Source: Utricularia gibba (lineage: Eukaryota; Plantae; Magnoliophyta). Taken from it: a stretch of 43,561 nucleotides of DNA. Below are positions 37,600 to 43,561 of this stretch, piece by piece (positions within the stretch are counted from its first letter, which is position 1; each line of letters begins with the position of its first letter). The stretch is taken from assembly GCA_002189035.1 (NCBI GenBank), contig NEEC01000038.1, positions 1 through 43,561 on the forward strand. The letters run 5' to 3'. The notes under the pieces were generated by a model. That model worked only from the letters and a program-made list of their open reading frames with translations. It was not told the DNA's origin and did no database searches. Both the position numbers and the translations under genes were made by a program.

Positions 37600-40330
37600 A
37601 AGTAAGTTGTTGAAAAAATCATGTGGCTCGCAATTTAAACAAATGCATCATTTTTTTTAATCGATTTGCAACCTCATGAGCCATACAGAATCGGGGTCAA
37701 GGACCAATTCCCAGCGAGACTGGCCGCCACAAAACGAGAAGCGGTTCCTTGAAAAACCATGTAGGCAGCCCGTGACAGTTAAGACCTCCTCAAGTATAAA
37801 GTAAGTTGTTGAAAAAATCATGTGGGGTGCACGTGATATCGCAATTTAAACAAATGCATCATTTTTTTTAATCGATTTGCATCCGATAAAAGCCAAACCT
37901 TACCTTTGTCCCGTTCCATCCTCATACCAATCCACAAATGCATCATTTTTTTTAATCGATTTGCATCCGGTTGACCTCATGAGCCATACAGAATCGGGGT
38001 CAAGGACCAAGTTCCCAGCGAGACTGGCCGCCACAAAACGAGAAGCGGTTCCTTGAAAAACCATGTAGGCAGCCCCGAAAACCGAACGATAATAAATACA
38101 TCACTTTATTTGTCGGGCGGCGCTTACCTTTGTCCGTTCCAACTCCTCAACAACCGCAATCAAATGCATCATTTTTTTTAATCGATTTGCATCCGGTTGA
38201 CCTCATGAGCCATACAGAATCGGGGTCAAGGACCAAGTTCCCAGCGAGACTGGCCGCCACAAAACGAGAAGCGGTTCCTTGAAAAACCATGTAGGCAGCC
38301 CCGTCATCAGCTGCAAGCCAAACCTTAAGCTGCACCCCAAGACCTCCTCAAGTATAAAGTAAGTTGTTGAAAAAATCATGTGGGGTGCACGTGATATCGC
38401 AATTTAAACAAATGCATCATTTTTTTTAATCGATTTGCATCCGGTTGACCTCATGAGCCATACAGAATCGGGGTCAAGGACCAAGTTCCCAGCGAGACTG
38501 GCCCACAAAACGAGAAGCGGTTCCTTGAAAAACCATGTAGGCAGCCCCGAAAACCGAACGATAGCGGTTCCTTTGATCCGGTAAGCCCCCGAGCGAACGA
38601 ATCGGGGTCAATTTTCATTTGTCGATACAATAACCTCGCGGCCAACCCCAATTTTAGTTACACGCGTAAACTAACATGTGGGGTGCACGTGATATCGGCG
38701 CGATTTATTTGGTTCACCCCAAGAGCCAGGTTATTTGTTTCATGTTGTTAATTGCAACCGCAAAAACAAATGCATCATTTTTTTAATCGATTTGCATCCG
38801 GTTGACCTCATTATAAGACTTAAGTTGGAAAAAATCATGTGGGGTGCACGTGACGCAAGCATCGGGGTTGAGAGGAATAAGTTCCCAGCGAGACTGGCCG
38901 CCACAAAACGAGAAGCGGTTCCTTGAAAAACCATGTAGGCAGCCCCGAAAACCTTGAAAAACCATGTAGGCAGCCCCGTATAAAGTAAGTTGTTGAAAAA
39001 ATCATGTGGGGTGCACGTGATATCGCAATTTAAACAAATGCATCATTTTTTTTAATCGATTTGCATCCGGTTGACCTCATGAGCCATACAGAATCGGGGT
39101 CAAGGACCAAGTTCCCAGCGAGACTGGCCGCCACAAAACGAGAAGCGGTTCCTTGAAAAACCATGTAGGCAGCCCCGAAAACCGAACGATAATAAATACA
39201 TCACTTTAACGGCAAGCCAAACCTTACCTTTGTCCCGTTCCACTGCACAATATCGCAATTTAAACAAATGCATCATTTTTTTTAATCGATTTGCATCCGG
39301 TCCTCATATAAAGAGTTCAGAATCCTCAAGTATAAAGTAAGTTGTTGAAAAAATCATGTGGGGTGCACGTGATATCGCAATTTAAACAAATGCATCATTT
39401 TTTTTAATCCAACCTCATTACAGAATCGGGGTCAAGGACCAAGTTCCCAGCGAGACTGGCCGCCACAAAACGAGAAGCGGTTCCTTGAAAAACCATGTAG
39501 GCAGCCCCGAAAACCGAACGATAATAAATACATCACTTTATTTGTCGGGCTACAACTAACATCTCGGCGCAAGCCAAACCTTACCTTTGTTTAATCATCA
39601 CTTTATTTGCCGGGCTACAACTAACTCTCGGTAACTCCTCATGTGGGGTGCACATAAAGCGCAAAAAAATCATGTTGCACGTGATATCGCAATTAAGACC
39701 TCCTCAAGCATCATTTTTTTTATAAATTTGCATTCCGGTTGTCATGAGTACAGATCGCAATCCAAGCGCATCAGCCACTTTGTTTCCTTGGTAGGTACAG
39801 ACCGTAAAAATACATCACTTAATTTGTCGGGCCACAACTAACTCTCGGCGCAAGTAGTTAAAGTCCGTTCAGTGTAACATCACCGCAATTTAGCATCATC
39901 GATTTGCATCCGGTTGACCTCATGAGCCATACAGAATCGGGGTCAAGGACCAAGTTCCCAGCGAGACTGGCCGCCACAAAACGAGAAGCGGTTCCTTGAA
40001 AAACCATGTAGGCAGCCCCGAAAACCGAACGATAATAAATACATCACTTTATTTGCACGGGGAATAACCTCGGCGCAATTTTTTTGATGTTCAGGTGCAC
40101 CCAGATCATCGGGGTCCTCAAGGAATCCAAGGACCAAGTTCCCAGCGAGACTGGCCGCCACAAAACGCGAGTAGAGCCCCGAAAAAACGATCATGTGGGG
40201 TAGTGCGCAATTTAAACAAATGCATCATTTTTTTTAATCGATTTGCATCCGTTACCCATTTCATATCGTCAAGGACCAAGTTCCCACTAACATGTGCACG
40301 CGCACAAAACGCAAGCGGTTTCCTTTGAAA
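37600..40330. other. Third major degraded stretch of truncated and garbled units
   Basis: Garbled unit fragments at 38560-38880 and 39590-39900, returning to intact units after about 40330. Confidence 0.65.
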
Positions 40331-43300
40331 AACCATGTAGGCAGCCCCGAAAACCGAACGATAATAAATACATCACTTTATTTGCCGGGCTACAACTAAC
40401 TCTCGCGCAAGCCAAACCTTACCTTTGTCCCGTTCCAGCTGCACCCAAGACCGCCTCCTCAAGTATAAAGTAAGTTGTTGAAAAAATCATGTGGGGTGCA
40501 CGTGATATCGCAATTTAAACAAATGCATCATTTTTTTTAATCGATTTGCATCCGGTTGACCTCATGAGCCATACAGAATCGGGGTCAAGGACCAAGTTCC
40601 CAGCGAGACTGGCCGCCACAAAACGAGAAGCGGTTCCTTGAAAAACCATGTAGGCAGCCCCGAAAACCGAACGATAATAAATACATCACTTTATTTGTCG
40701 GGCTACAACTACACTCTCGGCGCAAGCCAAACCTTACCTTTGTCCGTTCAGGTGCACCCAAGATCGCCTCCTCAAGTATAAAGTAAGTTGTTGAAAAAAT
40801 CATGTGGGTGCACGTGATATCGCAATTTAAACAAATGCATCATTTTTTTTAATCGATTTGCATCCGGTTGACCTCATGAGCCATACAGAATCGGGGTCAA
40901 GGACCAAGTTCCCAGCGAGACTGGCCGCCACAAAACGAGAAGCGGTTCCTTGAAAAACCATGTAGGCAGCCCCCGAAAACCGAACGATAATAAATACATC
41001 ACTTTATTTGTCGGGCTACAACTAACTCTCGGCGCAAGCCAAACCTTACCTTTGTCCCGGTACACCCTAAGCGCCTCCTCAAGTATAAGTTGTTGTCATG
41101 TGGGGTGAGATCGCATGCACAAATGCATCATTTTTTTTAATCGATTTGCATCCGGTTGACCTCATGAGCCATACAGAATCGGGGTCAAGGACCAAGTTCC
41201 CAGCGAGACTGGCCGCCACAAAACGAGAAGCGGTTCCTTGAAAAACCATGTAGGCAGCCCCCGAAAACCGAACGATAATAAATACATCACTTTATTTGCC
41301 GGGCTACAACTAACTCTCGCGCAAGCCAAACCTTACCTTTGTCCCGTTCCAGCACTAACACACCGCAAGCATCATTTTTTTTAATCGATTTGCATCCGGT
41401 TGACCTCATGAGCCATACAGAATCGGGGTCAAGGACCAATTCCCAGCGAGACTGTTGTGTTCATGTCGGGCTACAACTAACTCTCGGCGCAAGCCAAACC
41501 TTACCTTTGTCAGTGCACCCAAGACCGCCTCCTCAAGTATAAAGTCGCCTCCTCAATTCGGGGTAAGGACCAAGTTCCCAGCGAGACTGGCATTCCTTGA
41601 TGTTAATTACATTTTATTTGTCGGGCTACAACTAACTCTCGGCGCAAGCCAAACCTTACCTTTGCATGCACCCAAGGTCCTCAAGTACATGTGGGGTGCT
41701 CGCAATTTAAACAAATGCATCATTTTTTTTAATCGATTTGCATCCGGTTGACCTCATGAGCCATACAGAATCGGGTCAAGGACCAAGTTCCCAGCGAGAC
41801 TGGCCGCCACAAAACGAGAAGCGGTTCCTTGAAAAACCATGTAGGCAGCCCCGAAAACCGAACGATAATAAATACATCACTTTATTTGTCGGGCTACAAC
41901 TAACTCTCGGCGCAAGCCAAACCTTACCTTTGTCCCGTTCCAGCTGCACCCAAGACCGCCTCCTCAAGTATAAAGTAAGTTGTTGAAAAATCATGTGGGT
42001 GCACATGATATCGCAATTTAAACAAATGCATCATTTTTTTTAATCGATTTGCATCGGTTGACCTCATGAGCCATACAAAATCGGGGTAAAGGACCAAGTT
42101 CCCAGCGAGACTGGCCGCCACAAAACGAGAAGCGGTTCCTTGAAAAACCATGTAGGCAGCCCAAAACCGAACGATAATAAATACATCACTTTATTTGTCG
42201 GGCTACAACTAACTCTCGGCGCAAGCCAAACCTTACCTTTGTCCGTTCAGGTGCACCCTAAGACGCCTCCTCAAGTATAAAGTAAGTTGTTGAAAAAAAT
42301 CATGTGGGTGCACGTGATATCGCAATTTAAACAAATGCATCATTTTTTTTAATCGATTTGCATCCGGTTGACCTCAAGTATAAAGTAAGTTGTTGAAAAA
42401 ATCATGTGGGGTGCACGTGATATCGCAATTTAAACAAATGCATCATTTTTTTTAATCGATTTGCATCCGGTTGACCTCATGAGCCATACAGAATCGGGGT
42501 CAAGGACCAAGTTCCCAGCGAGACTGGCCGCCACAAAACGAGAAGCGGTTCCTTGAAAAACCATGTAGGCAGCCCCCGAAAACCGAACGATAAAAAATAC
42601 ATCACTTTATTTGCCGGGCTACAACTAACTCTCGCCGCAAGCCAAACCTTACCTTTGTCCCGTTCAGCTGCACCCCAAGACCGCCTCCTCAAGTATAAAG
42701 TAAGTTGTTGAAAAACATGTGGGGTGCACATGATATCGCAATTTAAACAAATGCATCATTTTTTTTAATCGATTTGCATCCGGTTGACCTCATGAGCCAT
42801 ACAGAATCGGGGTCAAGACCAAGTTCCAGCGAGACTGGCCGCCACAAAACGAGAAGCGGTTCCTTGAAAAACCATGTAGGCAGCCCCCGAAAACCGAACG
42901 ATAATAAATACATCACTTTATTTGTCGGGCTACAACTAACTCTCGGCGCAAGCCAAACCTTACCTTTGTCCTGTTCGAGGTGCACCCAAGACGCCTCCTC
43001 AAGTATAAAGTAAGTTGTTGAAAAAATCATGTGGGGTGCACGTGATATCGCAATTTAAACAAATGCATCATTTTTTTTAATCGATTTGCATCCGGTTGAC
43101 CTCATGAGCCATACAGAATCGGGTCAAGGACCAAGTTCCCAGCGAGACTGGCAGCCACAAAACGAGAAGCGGTTCCTTGAAAACCATGTAGGCAGCCCCC
43201 GAAAACCGAACGATAATAAATACATCACTTTATTTGTCGGGCTACAACTAACTCTCGGCGCAAGCCAAACCTTACCTTTGTCCGTTCGAGGTGCACCCAA

Positions 43301-43561
43301 GACGCCTCCTCAAGTATAAAGTAAGTTGTTGAAAAATCATGTGGGTGCACGTGATATCGCAATTTAAACAAATGCATCATTTTTTTTAATCGATTTGCAT
43401 CCGGTTGACCTCATGAGCCATACAGAATCGGGGTCAAGGACCAAGTTCCCAGCGAGACTGGCCGCCACAAACGAGAAGCGGTTCCTTGAAAAACCATGTA
43501 GGCAGCCCCCGAAAACCGAACGATAATAAATACATCACTTTATTTGTGGGCTACAACTAAC

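Larger units (their letters stand above)
1..43561. repeat. Tandem array (satellite-like) of a ~314-316-bp unit filling the window and running off both ends; about 139 unit-equivalents by length, with more copies in fact because many are truncated
   Basis: The landmark ATCCGG recurs at 111, 424, 737, 1048, 1359, 1671, 1984, 2297, 2608 (spacing 311-313); intact copies elsewhere are spaced 311-316. The window begins and ends inside the unit. I saw no non-unit sequence longer than short junction filler. Confidence 0.99.

Noticed and set aside
7800-40330. CRISPR-like or cassette array (constant ~115-bp core separated by variable segments)
   Set aside because: The variable segments are deleted or garbled pieces of the unit itself, not unique spacers. 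The core is far longer than CRISPR repeats and there are no cas, integrase or reverse-transcriptase genes.
1-43561. Protein-coding genes from the ORF track (MHPVDLMSHTES..., MVFQGTASRFVAASLAG..., MIFSTTYFILEE...)
   Set aside because: All are translations of the same repeat in different frames and shift with homopolymer length. All six frames hit stops within each unit, so there is no continuous or repeat-protein ORF.
1-43561. tRNA, 5S/rRNA, snRNA (CTTACCT, U1-like) or telomeric repeats within the unit
   Set aside because: No cloverleaf or T-loop, no 5S internal boxes, nothing of U1 beyond 7 nt, and no TTAGGG-type runs.

Overview
The whole 43,561-bp window is one head-to-tail tandem array of a single ~314-316-bp, ~46% GC unit, and I saw every copy in the same orientation. 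I found no gene, RNA gene, mobile element or CRISPR array; every ORF in the track is a re-reading of the repeat. The unit is itself a diverged dimer of ~160-bp (A) and ~153-156-bp (B) subunits (hand alignment 76/132 identical with two 1-nt gaps). That is the architecture of a eukaryotic satellite with a nucleosome-sized ancestral monomer, not of a prokaryotic locus. Most copy-to-copy variation (homopolymer wobble, deletions, garbled stretches made of unit fragments) looks like single-molecule long-read error, so the true array is probably much more homogeneous than it appears. An in-vitro or in-vivo rolling-circle concatemer of a ~316-nt circle cannot be excluded from sequence alone. The noise is not random: there is one three-way hypervariable site, deletions that re-enter at a nearly fixed point, an exact 23-bp deletion seen 11 times, a CpG G>A variant and one clean 103-bp short unit. 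I cannot name the organism or family and I do not see a supportable new gene system. All counts are by eye.
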